The notes beneath the pieces are model-generated. The model made no database searches and had not been told where the DNA came from. It worked only from the letters and a program-made list of their open reading frames with translations. The position numbers and the translations under genes are program-made. From sequence record SRR2962707_2232: DNA of 64,000 nt, one strand, 5' to 3'. Below, one piece after another: positions 18,351-28,141 of the stretch (position 1 is its first letter; each line of letters begins with the position of its first letter).

Positions 18351-18377
18351 AAGCCCGCTGAGAAAACGCGGGCTTTT
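18351..18377 (+). terminator. Rho-independent terminator of the PHA biosynthetic operon
   Basis: AAGCCCGC-TGAGAAAAC-GCGGGCTTTT, 10 nt after the CoA-transferase stop. Confidence 0.75.
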
Positions 18378-18566
18378 AATATAATTCGGCTATCTCAACT
18401 CAGCCGTGTATAATCGCGTAACTCGCTTGATCTCTAAACCTGCGCTTTGTTTTAATTTGTTGCTCGCTGCTGCAGATATATGTGTGATAGCACTTTGCTG
18501 GCTTGCTAAATTGCCTAATTATTGTCCACTCAATCTGCTTGACAGTTATTTAAGCACAACATAAGA

Positions 18567-18586
18567 TTTTTACCAATTGGTAAAAA
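18567..18586. promoter_or_regulatory. Perfect 20-bp palindrome, RutR-box-like operator
   Basis: TTTTTACCAATTGGTAAAAA, 14 nt upstream of the BMP gene start; resembles the RutR consensus TTGACCAnnTGGTCAA. Confidence 0.6.
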
Positions 18587-18600
18587 ATGGAGCGCCCCCA

Positions 18601-19587
18601 ATGAAAAAGAATCTCATTATTTCCCGCCGTACCGTTCTAGCGTCCGGCCTTGCCTTGGGCGCTAGCGCCTATATTTCTCCACTTCGCGCAGCTGAAGTGA
18701 TTAAAGTGGCCGGTATTCACGGCTCACCTGTTGAAAACGCTTGGAACTCAATTTTGCACAAAGCTTTGCAGGATGCAGCTTCTGAAGGCATTATTGAATA
18801 TGTGTTCTCAGAAGGCGTATCCGGCACAGATTATCCGCGCGCCATGAGCGAATATGCGGAGCAGGGCGCTAAGCTGATTATCGGCGAAACATTCCCAGTA
18901 GAAAAACAGGCGCGTCAGGTAGCTGCTGATTATCCTGAAACATCATTTGTCATGGGCTCGAGCGGCCAAGCATCAGGCGATAACTTCGGCGTTTTTGGCA
19001 CTTGGAATTATGACGGCGCATATCTTGCAGGCATGCTTGCTGGCAGAATGACGAAATCGAACATCGTTGGCACAGTTGGTGCGATTCCAATTCCAGAAAT
19101 CAATATGCTGATCAACGCATTTGGCGAAGGCGTAAAAGCGACCAACCCTGAAGCAAAACATCTCGTTTCCTTCATCGGCACATTCTTTGATCCGCCAAAA
19201 GCGCGCGAAGCGGGCTTAGCGCAGATTGATGCAGGCGCTGATATTTTGATGGGTGAGCGTATCGGCACAGCAGATGCTGCTAAAGAACGTGGCATTTTGT
19301 CGATTGGTTCATTGGTCGATTATTCAGCGCGTTATCCTGACACGGTTTTTGCAAACGCATTGTGGAACTTCCGTCCTATTCTTGATGCGGCGATTGCTGA
19401 TGTTGCAGCTGGAAAACCAACGGGCCGTGACTACACAGCCTATGGTTTGATGAAAGAGGGCGGCAGCGACATTTCCTTCGTTGAGAGCATGATCCCTGCA
19501 GAAGATATTGCTGAAATGGAAGTCGTTCGTGCGCAGATTAAAGCGGGCACATTTGTTGTGCCGCAGAACGCAAACGAGCCTACATGA
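18601..19587 (+). CDS. BMP-family (nucleoside/nucleobase) ABC transporter substrate-binding protein
   Basis: Tat-like SRRTVL signal, AYLAGMLAGRMTKSNIVG, FFDPPKAREAGLAQIDAGAD. ATG 18601 follows GGAG. Confidence 0.85.
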   Translation: MKKNLIISRRTVLASGLALGASAYISPLRAAEVIKVAGIHGSPVENAWNSILHKALQDAASEGIIEYVFSEGVSGTDYPRAMSEYAEQGAKLIIGETFPVEKQARQVAADYPETSFVMGSSGQASGDNFGVFGTWNYDGAYLAGMLAGRMTKSNIVGTVGAIPIPEINMLINAFGEGVKATNPEAKHLVSFIGTFFDPPKAREAGLAQIDAGADILMGERIGTADAAKERGILSIGSLVDYSARYPDTVFANALWNFRPILDAAIADVAAGKPTGRDYTAYGLMKEGGSDISFVESMIPAEDIAEMEVVRAQIKAGTFVVPQNANEPT

Positions 19588-19593
19588 TCCATT

Positions 19594-20991
19594 ATGCAGG
19601 CAGATGCCACATCACTTGCTGAGGCAATTGCCCAAGGGCATCAAACCGCAAGCGGCGCTTTAGAAGCGTCGCTTGCGGTTGCTCAATCGAAATCTGATCT
19701 GGGTGCAGTATGTTTTATCAATGCTGATTTAGCCCGTGAAACAGCGCGTTCATTTGATGAAGGCGCACAGACTCCTAAAATTGCTTTTGGCGGTGTGCCT
19801 ACTTTGGCAAAAGATCTAGGTGGACCTTTTAATGGTTTTGCCGTGCGGGCTGGTTCCCACCTTTTTCAATCCGGCGGTAGCCAAGCAGACAGCGATTTAG
19901 CTGTGAGGTTTCGCCGTGCGGGATTAAACGTGTTTGGGCTGTCCACATGTCCTGAATTTGGCCTTTCTTTAGACAGCGCCCCTAAAATTGGTCCAATTTG
20001 TAAAAATCCGTTAGCGCCCGATCTTACTGCAGGTGGTTCATCAGGCGGTGCGGCTGCAGCGGTTGCGGCTGGTCTTGTTTCCATTGCCCATGCGACCGAT
20101 GCGGGCGGATCCATTCGAGTGCCAGCTGCGTGTTGTGGTTTGGTTGGCTTAAAGCCCAGCCGTGGCGCGATGCCCGCTGGGCCAAATTTTGGCAATTATC
20201 TTGGCGGCATTGCCACCGAACTAGGTGTGACCCGCTCGGTGCGTGACAGTGAAACGCTATTCAATGCGATCAACGGTAAAGCCCGCGGACCTTTGCCGCC
20301 ATTAGCGTCGATGGATGTAGGTGATAAAAATTTACGCATTGGCTTGCTCGAAGATACGGGCCAAGCATTGCCAACGTCCGATGCACGGCTTGGTGTGGTC
20401 AAATCTGCTGCGTCATTTCTAGAAAAGCAGGGACACACAATTGTGCCGCTTCCATGGAAAGCGTTTGAGACAATGGTGCTGACCAGCGGCACGGTTTTTA
20501 GGGCAATTGTCGCGGCAAATTTGGCCACCATTGCCAAGAACTCTAGCCTTGATTTTTCCCAAACAGAAGTGATGACGCAGGCCGTTTTAGCCGAAGGGCA
20601 AGCCATGTCGGCTGCGGATATTTCGGGCGCGATGGATGAACTTAATCTCGTTTGTCATCAAATGTGGTCTCTGTTTGATGATGTTGATTGTATTTTGACG
20701 CCGATTTTGACGTCTGCGCCGCTGCCGCTTGGCTCTTTTTCCACCGATCACAGCGATGTTGATAAGCATTTCCGCGCGATGATGAAATTTGCGCCGCTTG
20801 CGGCTCTCGCAAATATTTCAGGCGCTCCGGCAATCACCTTGCCGTTTGGTGCAGACAAGAATGGTTTGCCTTTGCCAGTACAGATTTTCGCGCCGATGGG
20901 CGGGGATCCTCTTTTGTTGTCCCTTGCTAAAAACTTAGAAAAGGATGCACGATGGCAGCATCGCTTTCCAATCCACGGGATGCCTCAATGA
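19594..20991 (+). CDS. Amidase-signature family amidase
   Basis: Catalytic Lys (GVPTLAKDL), GGSSGGAAAAVAAG, ATDAGGSIRVPAACCGLVGLKPSRG. Confidence 0.88.
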   Translation: MQADATSLAEAIAQGHQTASGALEASLAVAQSKSDLGAVCFINADLARETARSFDEGAQTPKIAFGGVPTLAKDLGGPFNGFAVRAGSHLFQSGGSQADSDLAVRFRRAGLNVFGLSTCPEFGLSLDSAPKIGPICKNPLAPDLTAGGSSGGAAAAVAAGLVSIAHATDAGGSIRVPAACCGLVGLKPSRGAMPAGPNFGNYLGGIATELGVTRSVRDSETLFNAINGKARGPLPPLASMDVGDKNLRIGLLEDTGQALPTSDARLGVVKSAASFLEKQGHTIVPLPWKAFETMVLTSGTVFRAIVAANLATIAKNSSLDFSQTEVMTQAVLAEGQAMSAADISGAMDELNLVCHQMWSLFDDVDCILTPILTSAPLPLGSFSTDHSDVDKHFRAMMKFAPLAALANISGAPAITLPFGADKNGLPLPVQIFAPMGGDPLLLSLAKNLEKDARWQHRFPIHGMPQ

Positions 20992-22511
20992 CCGAAAATG
21001 TGCTTGATATATCCGGTGTCAGCAAACGCTTTGGTGACAATTTAGCCAATGACAATATTTCGCTGACACTTGCTGAAGGTGAAATTTTGGCCCTGCTTGG
21101 CGAAAATGGCGCGGGCAAAACAACTCTCATGAATATGCTGTTTGGACATTATGTACCTGATAGCGGAACAGTTTCAGTTTTTGGCAAGCCACTACCGCCG
21201 GGCGAGCCCCGCGCTGCTATCGCGGCAGGGGTGGGCATGGTCCACCAGCATTTCTCACTCGCACCCAATCTAACTGTGCTTGAAAATGTGATGAGCGGCA
21301 CAGAGAGCCTTTGGTCTATGAAATCCAAAGCCGCGCCAGCGCGCAAGAAATTGATGGCGCTTGCGGATCGGTTTGGCCTTTATGTGGACCCTGAAGCGCG
21401 GCTTGGCGATTTATCCGTAGGCGAGCAGCAGCGGGTAGAAATTCTCAAAGCGCTTTATAATGATGCGCGCATTTTGGTGCTTGATGAACCGACTGCGGTT
21501 CTCACAAATATCGAAGCTGAAAAGCTGTTTTCAACGCTCAAAGGCATGGTGAACCAAGGCTTCTCCTTTATCTTCATTTCTCACAAATTGGATGAGGTTA
21601 TTGCCACAGCAGACCGCGTTGTCGTGCTGCGTGGCGGTAAATCTGTTGCCGAACGCTATACACGAGACACCAATAAGGCGGAACTTGCCGAACTCATGGT
21701 TGGGCGCGCCGTTCACCGGCCTGTTCGCGATGCGGCAACACCGGGCGAAGTGGTTGTCGAGGGCGTGGGCATTAGCGTGCGCGTTGATGGTGTCGACAGG
21801 TTGAAGTCGATTGATTTTAACATTCGTGCCGGTGAAGTTTTGGGAGTGATTGGTGTCTCGGGCAATGGTCAGTCCACGCTTGCGCAATTGCTCAGCGGCA
21901 CGGTGCAGATGAGTTCGGGCAGTTTGGTTTTATTCGGTAAAGAAGTTGGCGACATGTCGGTTTCTGATTTCGTGCATTCTGGTATTGGCCGTGTGCCCGA
22001 AGACCGAAACCATGAGGGTGCAATCGGCGATATGGCCATTTGGGAAAATGCGGTGCTTGAGCGCATTTCAGATTATTCCAAAAATGGCCTTGTTGATCGC
22101 AAAGCGGGCGTTGCCTTCGCGCAGAAGATTATTGATGAATTTGATGTGCGCGGTGGCTCCCCAATGAGCCGCATTCGGCTTTTGTCCGGCGGTAACATGC
22201 AAAAGCTTATTCTTGGGCGTAATCTGATTAACCGTCCGCGTATTCTGTTGGCAGCGCAGCCAGCCCGCGGACTGGATGAGGGCGCTGTTGCTGCTGTTCA
22301 TGAGCGCATATTAGAAGCGCGAAGGGCAGGCACAGCTGTACTCCTGATTTCGGAAGATCTTGATGAAGTGATGGCACTTGCCGACCGCATTCAGGCCATT
22401 GTGAGCGGTTGGCTTTCGCCGCCAGTTTTGGCTGATGATGCTGATGCGCGTCAATTGGGTTTGATGATGTCTGGCTCGTGGATGCAAGAGGAGAAGCCTA
22501 ATGCGGTTTGA
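20988..22511 (+). CDS. Nucleoside-type ABC transporter ATP-binding protein
   Basis: GENGAGKTT, GMVHQHF, LSVGEQQRVEILKAL, LSGGNMQK. ATG 20988 forms an ATGA overlap with the amidase stop. Confidence 0.88.
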   Translation: MTENVLDISGVSKRFGDNLANDNISLTLAEGEILALLGENGAGKTTLMNMLFGHYVPDSGTVSVFGKPLPPGEPRAAIAAGVGMVHQHFSLAPNLTVLENVMSGTESLWSMKSKAAPARKKLMALADRFGLYVDPEARLGDLSVGEQQRVEILKALYNDARILVLDEPTAVLTNIEAEKLFSTLKGMVNQGFSFIFISHKLDEVIATADRVVVLRGGKSVAERYTRDTNKAELAELMVGRAVHRPVRDAATPGEVVVEGVGISVRVDGVDRLKSIDFNIRAGEVLGVIGVSGNGQSTLAQLLSGTVQMSSGSLVLFGKEVGDMSVSDFVHSGIGRVPEDRNHEGAIGDMAIWENAVLERISDYSKNGLVDRKAGVAFAQKIIDEFDVRGGSPMSRIRLLSGGNMQKLILGRNLINRPRILLAAQPARGLDEGAVAAVHERILEARRAGTAVLLISEDLDEVMALADRIQAIVSGWLSPPVLADDADARQLGLMMSGSWMQEEKPNAV

Positions 22512-23550
22512 GCGACGACAACATCGCCCGATTTGGCTGGTGGTTTCTACACCGGTCATCGCCGTTATCGTGGCTTTGGCTTTGTCTGGCATTTTGATCG
22601 CCATGGCGGGCGCGCCAGTCTTTGAGGCTTATTGTGAAATTTTAAAAGGCGCATTTGGTTCGCGCCTTGCTGCCACTGAAACCTTAACCCGCGCGACGCC
22701 GCTTATTTTTACCGGCCTTGCTGCGGCAATCGCCTTTCGCGCACAGCTTTGGAATATCGGCGCTGAGGGGCAGCTTTATTTGGGTGCGATCACCGTCGCT
22801 GCTGCCAGCTCGCAGGTTTTGGGCGGCCTGCCGGGCATCATTCAAATTCCGGTTTTGATGCTGCTTGGCGCGATGGCGGGCATGGTTTTGCTGCTTATTC
22901 CGCTGTGGCTGCGTTTGAAGTTTTCCGTCGATGAAGTGGTGACCACGTTGCTGCTCAACTTCGTCGCCGTGCTGATTGTTTCAATGTTGATTGATACGGT
23001 TTTAAAAGACCCACTTGCATTTGGTTGGCCGCAGTCAGAAGCGGTTTCAGACAATGCCATGCTGCCCCGCATTTTGTCTCGGTCGCGGCTGCATATCGGT
23101 TTGATCATTGCGATTGTGATGGCTGTGATTGTTTATTTCGTCCAGTCGCGCACGGTGTTTGGTTTGCAGTCGCGTGCCGCTGGTCTTAACCCCACCGGCG
23201 CAATTTTTGCCGGTGTCCCGTTTAGCCGGACTTTGGTATTTGTCGCGATGCTCTCTGGCGGTTTTGCCGGTCTTGCCGGCGCAGTCGAGGTTTTGGGCGT
23301 AACAAGTTATGTGACGACAGAACTATCGCCTGGCTATGGCTATTCAGGCATTGTGGTCGCGATGCTGGCCAATCTTAATCCCATTGGTGTGATCTTCTCG
23401 GCCTTGTTTATCGCAACCATGTTCGTGGGCGCTGACGGCATGAGCCGCATCATGGGCATTCCTTCTTATATCGCCGATGTCACCGTGGCGCTGTCGCTTC
23501 TATCGATGCTGATCGCCATCTTCTTTACTCAATATAGGATTGCGAAATGA
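22501..23550 (+). CDS. Nucleoside-type ABC transporter permease
   Basis: WNIGAEGQ and GYGYSGIVVAML motifs; hydrophobic. Confidence 0.87.
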   Translation: MRFERRQHRPIWLVVSTPVIAVIVALALSGILIAMAGAPVFEAYCEILKGAFGSRLAATETLTRATPLIFTGLAAAIAFRAQLWNIGAEGQLYLGAITVAAASSQVLGGLPGIIQIPVLMLLGAMAGMVLLLIPLWLRLKFSVDEVVTTLLLNFVAVLIVSMLIDTVLKDPLAFGWPQSEAVSDNAMLPRILSRSRLHIGLIIAIVMAVIVYFVQSRTVFGLQSRAAGLNPTGAIFAGVPFSRTLVFVAMLSGGFAGLAGAVEVLGVTSYVTTELSPGYGYSGIVVAMLANLNPIGVIFSALFIATMFVGADGMSRIMGIPSYIADVTVALSLLSMLIAIFFTQYRIAK

Positions 23551-24491
23551 ACGAGGTTGTCGACATCATCACATCCGCGGGCCTTTGGGGCGCCGTATTG
23601 CGTATTGCCACGCCGCTGATCTTTGGCACTTTGGGCGCTTTGCTTTGTGAGCGGTCGGGGGTTTTGAACCTTGGCATTGAGGGCATCATGACCTTTGGCG
23701 CGATGATAGGCTGGCTTGCGGTTTATAATGGCGCTGATTTGTGGACCGGCGTTTTGGTCGCGGCAATAGCGGGCGGCGCATTCGGATTTTTACACGCGAT
23801 CATGACAGTGACGCTCGGCCTGTCGCAGCATGTGTCGGGGCTTGGCGTGACGCTGTTTGCCTCTAGTTTTAGTTATTATGTCTTTAGGCTATTGGTGCCG
23901 GTTGCGGGCACACCGCCAACAATTGAAGCATTTCAGCCAATTGATATTCCCGGCCTTTCAGATTTTCCATTCTTTGGTCCAGCCTTCTTTTCACAAACGC
24001 CGCCCACCTATTTCGCAATCATTATTGCTGTTGTTTTTGCCTATGTGCTTTTCAAGACACCGATTGGTTTGGCGATACGCATGACCGGCGAAAACCCGCA
24101 TGCTGCCGAAGCACAGGGCATCAACCCAATGGCTATTCGCTATGGCTCAGTTATCATTGGCAGTGCTTTGATGGGTGTTGGCGGCGCGTTTTTGACGTTG
24201 TCCGCATTCAACAGTTTCTTCCCAACAATGGTGCAGGGGCGTGGGTGGATTTGTATTGCTCTGGTGGTTTTTGCTTCGTGGAAGCCTTCACGGGCGCTGC
24301 TGGGCGCGCTGCTGTTTGCGTTCTTTGATGCATTTCAGTTCCGCCTTCAAACGGTGCTGAGCGGCGTTGTGCCCTATCAGACATTTTTGATGATCCCCTA
24401 TATTCTTTCTATCGCAGCGCTTGCTATTATGGCGCGGCGTGCACGGGTGCCGCAGGCCTTGATGCAACCTTATCGGCGCGGCGAGCGCTAG
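23547..24491 (+). CDS. Nucleoside-type ABC transporter permease
   Basis: CERSGVLNLGIEG, GENPHAAEAQGI, GRGWICIALVVF motifs. Confidence 0.87.
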   Translation: MNEVVDIITSAGLWGAVLRIATPLIFGTLGALLCERSGVLNLGIEGIMTFGAMIGWLAVYNGADLWTGVLVAAIAGGAFGFLHAIMTVTLGLSQHVSGLGVTLFASSFSYYVFRLLVPVAGTPPTIEAFQPIDIPGLSDFPFFGPAFFSQTPPTYFAIIIAVVFAYVLFKTPIGLAIRMTGENPHAAEAQGINPMAIRYGSVIIGSALMGVGGAFLTLSAFNSFFPTMVQGRGWICIALVVFASWKPSRALLGALLFAFFDAFQFRLQTVLSGVVPYQTFLMIPYILSIAALAIMARRARVPQALMQPYRRGER

Positions 24492-24510
24492 CCTTAACTG
24501 AGAGACAATT

Positions 24511-25803
24511 ATGTTCGATTTGATAGTACGAAATGCTAATCTTCCTGATGGGCGCATGGGCGTTGATATTGGCATAGCAGCGGGAAAAATCGCGGCAATT
24601 GAAAGCCATATTGATGCGAACGCTGGAGAGGAAATTGAGGCGAGCGACCGTCTTGTTAGTCCTGCCTTTTGCGATCCGCATTTTCATATGGACGCAACGC
24701 TTTCGCTTGGCATGCCGCGCATGAATGTATCCGGCACATTGCTTGAAGGCATCGCCTTATGGGGTGAACTTAGGCCGCTTCTGACCAAAGAAGCGCTGAT
24801 CGACCGTGCTGTGCGTTATTGCGATCTGGCGGTGAGCCAAGGGCTTTTGAATATTCGCAGCCATGTTGATACATCTGATCCACGGCTTGTAACTGCTGAA
24901 GCGCTTTTAGAAGTGCGCGAGATTGTTGCGCCCTATATCAATTTGCAGCTCGTTGCCTTTCCGCAGGATGGCTATTATCGCAACCCAGAAGGAGTGGCAG
25001 CCTTAGAGCGCGCGCTTGATATGGGTATTGAGATTGTCGGCGGGATTCCACACTTTGAGCGCACGATGGACGATGGACGGCTTTCGCTTGAGGCTTTGTG
25101 CCGTATTGCGGCGGATCGCGGGTTGGGCGTTGATATCCACTGTGATGAGACAGATGACCCGATGTCGCGCCATGTTGAAACATTAGCGGCGCAGACAATT
25201 CGATTTGGCTTGCAGGGCCGTGTTGCTGGTTCGCATCTCACATCTATGCACTCAATGGATAATTATTACGTGTCGAAGCTGATCCCGCTGATGGCGGAAG
25301 CTGAGATGAATGTCATTCCCAATCCGCTTATTAACATCATGCTGCAGGGGCGTCATGACACCTATCCAAAACGCCGGGGCATGACGCGCGTACGCGAGCT
25401 GATGCAAGCGGGCCTTAATGTTTCATTTGGGCAGGATTGTACGATGGACCCTTGGTATTCGATGGGTTCGGCAGACATGCTGGAAGTTGCTCATATGGCA
25501 ATTCATGTGACGCAGATGGGCGGTATCGAAGAGAAGAAGCAAATCTTTGATGCGATCACGGTCAATAGCGCCAAAACAATGGGCCTCACCGATTATGGCC
25601 TTGATATTGGTTGCAATGCCGATTTGGTGATCTTGCAAGCGGCGAATGTTGTTGAAGCGCTGCGGCTTAAACCAACGCGGCTCTATGTGCTTAAAGCTGG
25701 AAAAATCGTCAGCAAAACACCGGCGCGTATTAGTGCACTATCGCTAGATGGCCGCCCAGCATCGATTGATATGGGCCGCGATTATGTGCCTGTGGCGGGC
25801 TGA
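24511..25803 (+). CDS. Cytosine deaminase-like amidohydrolase (CodA family)
   Basis: DPHFHMD (HxH), SGTLLEGIALW, GGIPHFE, HCDETDD, SHLTSMHS, GQDCTMDPWY. Confidence 0.85.
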   Translation: MFDLIVRNANLPDGRMGVDIGIAAGKIAAIESHIDANAGEEIEASDRLVSPAFCDPHFHMDATLSLGMPRMNVSGTLLEGIALWGELRPLLTKEALIDRAVRYCDLAVSQGLLNIRSHVDTSDPRLVTAEALLEVREIVAPYINLQLVAFPQDGYYRNPEGVAALERALDMGIEIVGGIPHFERTMDDGRLSLEALCRIAADRGLGVDIHCDETDDPMSRHVETLAAQTIRFGLQGRVAGSHLTSMHSMDNYYVSKLIPLMAEAEMNVIPNPLINIMLQGRHDTYPKRRGMTRVRELMQAGLNVSFGQDCTMDPWYSMGSADMLEVAHMAIHVTQMGGIEEKKQIFDAITVNSAKTMGLTDYGLDIGCNADLVILQAANVVEALRLKPTRLYVLKAGKIVSKTPARISALSLDGRPASIDMGRDYVPVAG

Positions 25804-25805
25804 AG

Positions 25806-26405
25806 TTAAATTAGTTCGTCGAGCACTTTTGCAAAAGTGCGCGCGAGTGTTTTTCGCTCGCGCGGTTTACCGGCAAATTGGTCCTGCATGAGATAGCGAA
25901 ATGTGCCGTCGATCATTGCGTAAGCGATGTCAATTTCGGTTTTATTTTCGCGTCCAGTTTTCGCAAAACTTTTGCCTATCGCGTCTATTAGCGCCGTTTC
26001 AATCTCGCGGACCGCTGGCTTGAAACGATCATCAAACATCGCCTGTGTGCGGATGTCATACCAGAGCCGGTGCGTTTGCGCCTCGTCTGCAATGGCATAG
26101 GCAAGGACGTTTGACAGGGCTTCAATCACCTGTTCACGCCCATTGGCATTCTCGAGCGCCATATTTATGTTTCGCACAAATTCTTGCTTATAAAGCTGCA
26201 CGCAAAAGACGATTAGCTCGATTTTGTCTTTGAAATAATAGTGCAATGCGCCCAGCGACATGTCGCTGATTGCTGCAATGTCGCGCAAAGAAGTGTTGGC
26301 GTAACCCAATTGCTTGAGCGCATCCATTGCGCTTTGCGCCAGCTCGATTTTCTTTTTGGTGCGGTTGGCGCTATTGCGCTCAACAGCATCGGTAGTGGCG
26401 GTCAT
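25806..26405 (-). CDS. TetR-family transcriptional regulator
   Basis: GYANTSLRDIAAISDMSLGALHYYFKDK HTH. Confidence 0.9.
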   Translation of the reverse strand: MTATTDAVERNSANRTKKKIELAQSAMDALKQLGYANTSLRDIAAISDMSLGALHYYFKDKIELIVFCVQLYKQEFVRNINMALENANGREQVIEALSNVLAYAIADEAQTHRLWYDIRTQAMFDDRFKPAVREIETALIDAIGKSFAKTGRENKTEIDIAYAMIDGTFRYLMQDQFAGKPRERKTLARTFAKVLDELI

Positions 26406-26411
26406 TTCTGA

Positions 26412-28139
26412 CTATCCCCTGAGTGCATGATAGAAGATTTTAGGCAGTTTCCACCAACGCGGCTTATACTGAAAGTCTGTCAGCGCTTTGCCAATTTTGT
26501 CTTGCTGCTTATTGGTGATGAAAAATGGCGGACGCGGAAGCAAAGTAAATTGCAAGGATAGAAGCCCGCGCGGGAACGGTCTCCATGGCGCGTAGACCAC
26601 TGTTTTTTCAGTTTCCTCTAGCATGAAAGAATTGTGAACCGTGCCGATGCCTGATTGCACATCATCAATCGTATGGCCGGGATAGGCGCCCCAAGGACAG
26701 CTATTGATCAAGAAGCCGAGGCCGCACCACGCATTGATGCCAATCGTGCCGTATTTTAGATCAGCAATAATGCCTTCGAATTTTGCTTTGCCAATTTCTC
26801 TAATGGTGCGGGGATGGATGACAATATTTGCGCCTAAGGTGCCCCATAGTTCTTCATTGGCATAGGCAATGGCGGCGCGAAGATAGGCCTCAGGATTTTC
26901 CGCGTCGATTTTGTGGATACCTAGAGCAGGACCAAAGACCTCGGCCTCGCGCTTATGGTCTTCAATATCGCCAATCACGAGGGCGGGGCTTTGCGAACCA
27001 CGATAGACCTTTTGAACCGCGCCAGCATGGCTTTCATAAGTAGCAAGTCGTGCATCAGTGCCAGGATACCACGCAGGGCGCAGTGATTTGGCTGCCACCT
27101 GTTTGATCGCTTGCAGAAGTTTTGTTGCCTGCGGCCAGTGCTCAGGTATGATCAGCGCTTGAGTCGCAATGCAATTATGGCCGCTATTGTGCAGCTTCAT
27201 GGTTGCGATGTGTTCTGCTTGAAATTTTATGTCTGCTGCGGACCAAGGGCCGGGCACAACAATCGTTGGGCTGACCGATCCAAGTTCTGATGTAAAGCGC
27301 TTATTGTTGCGCGGTGTGCCAGCCTTCTTATTCTTTTCGCCTTCAGCGGCCACACCCCAGACGATGGTATCGTGGGTCTTATCAGAGCCAGTAATGTGCA
27401 ATTCTTCAACGAGCGGATGGTCGCATAAATAGGAGCCGACTTTCCCGTCACCCTTCACAATGCGCAGTGCATTGATTTCGATGAATGCTTTGAAGGCGAT
27501 TTTATAATAATCGACCAGATAGTCATTGATTGGGTTCATTTTCAAAATGACGACCTGATTTTCGATCATCAATTTATGTAAGACATCAAGCGGTGTGATG
27601 GCATTGATATTGCCAGCGCCCAAAACCAAGGCGACTTTTCCTTTGCGCTCTTTTGCTGGCGTATCATAGGCGGTAGCCGCGTGATCTTTAAGGTTTGCTG
27701 CAGTGACGGTCTTTTGCATCCACACATCGGCATGAACACCAGACAGAAGCAGGCGATCCCAAATGGAATGGGGCAGCACCTGCACGGCCAGTTGGCCTGT
27801 GACCAATGTGCGCGTGGGCAAATGGTCGATAAATTTCTTGCCGTCCATTTGGCTGAGCGTGAGGCGCAAAGCGTCTACACCGGTCAACGTTGCATAGGGC
27901 CCTGAAATCCATTCTTCACCGGAGACCGGCATCGCGGCTGTCAGGCCTTTTTTGCGAGCTGAAATTTCTGCCCAACCCTGTGCTACGCGCATAATGCCTT
28001 CCTTGGTTACATCAAGGAGTTTCAGGCGCTCAGCAATTGTCTTTTGTGCCCAAATATTCTTGGCAGCATCGAGCGTAGCCAAATCCGCATCATAGTTACG
28101 ATAAATGTCTTTGTTTGTCTTCGCCTGAGCACGCGCCAT
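26412..28139 (-). CDS. Aldehyde dehydrogenase family protein (long, atypical subfamily)
   Basis: LVLGAGN, LKMNPIN, HITGS, SELGSVSP, HNSGHNCIA (catalytic Cys), EVFGP. Confidence 0.8.
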   Translation of the reverse strand: MARAQAKTNKDIYRNYDADLATLDAAKNIWAQKTIAERLKLLDVTKEGIMRVAQGWAEISARKKGLTAAMPVSGEEWISGPYATLTGVDALRLTLSQMDGKKFIDHLPTRTLVTGQLAVQVLPHSIWDRLLLSGVHADVWMQKTVTAANLKDHAATAYDTPAKERKGKVALVLGAGNINAITPLDVLHKLMIENQVVILKMNPINDYLVDYYKIAFKAFIEINALRIVKGDGKVGSYLCDHPLVEELHITGSDKTHDTIVWGVAAEGEKNKKAGTPRNNKRFTSELGSVSPTIVVPGPWSAADIKFQAEHIATMKLHNSGHNCIATQALIIPEHWPQATKLLQAIKQVAAKSLRPAWYPGTDARLATYESHAGAVQKVYRGSQSPALVIGDIEDHKREAEVFGPALGIHKIDAENPEAYLRAAIAYANEELWGTLGANIVIHPRTIREIGKAKFEGIIADLKYGTIGINAWCGLGFLINSCPWGAYPGHTIDDVQSGIGTVHNSFMLEETEKTVVYAPWRPFPRGLLSLQFTLLPRPPFFITNKQQDKIGKALTDFQYKPRWWKLPKIFYHALRG

Positions 28140-28141
28140 AA

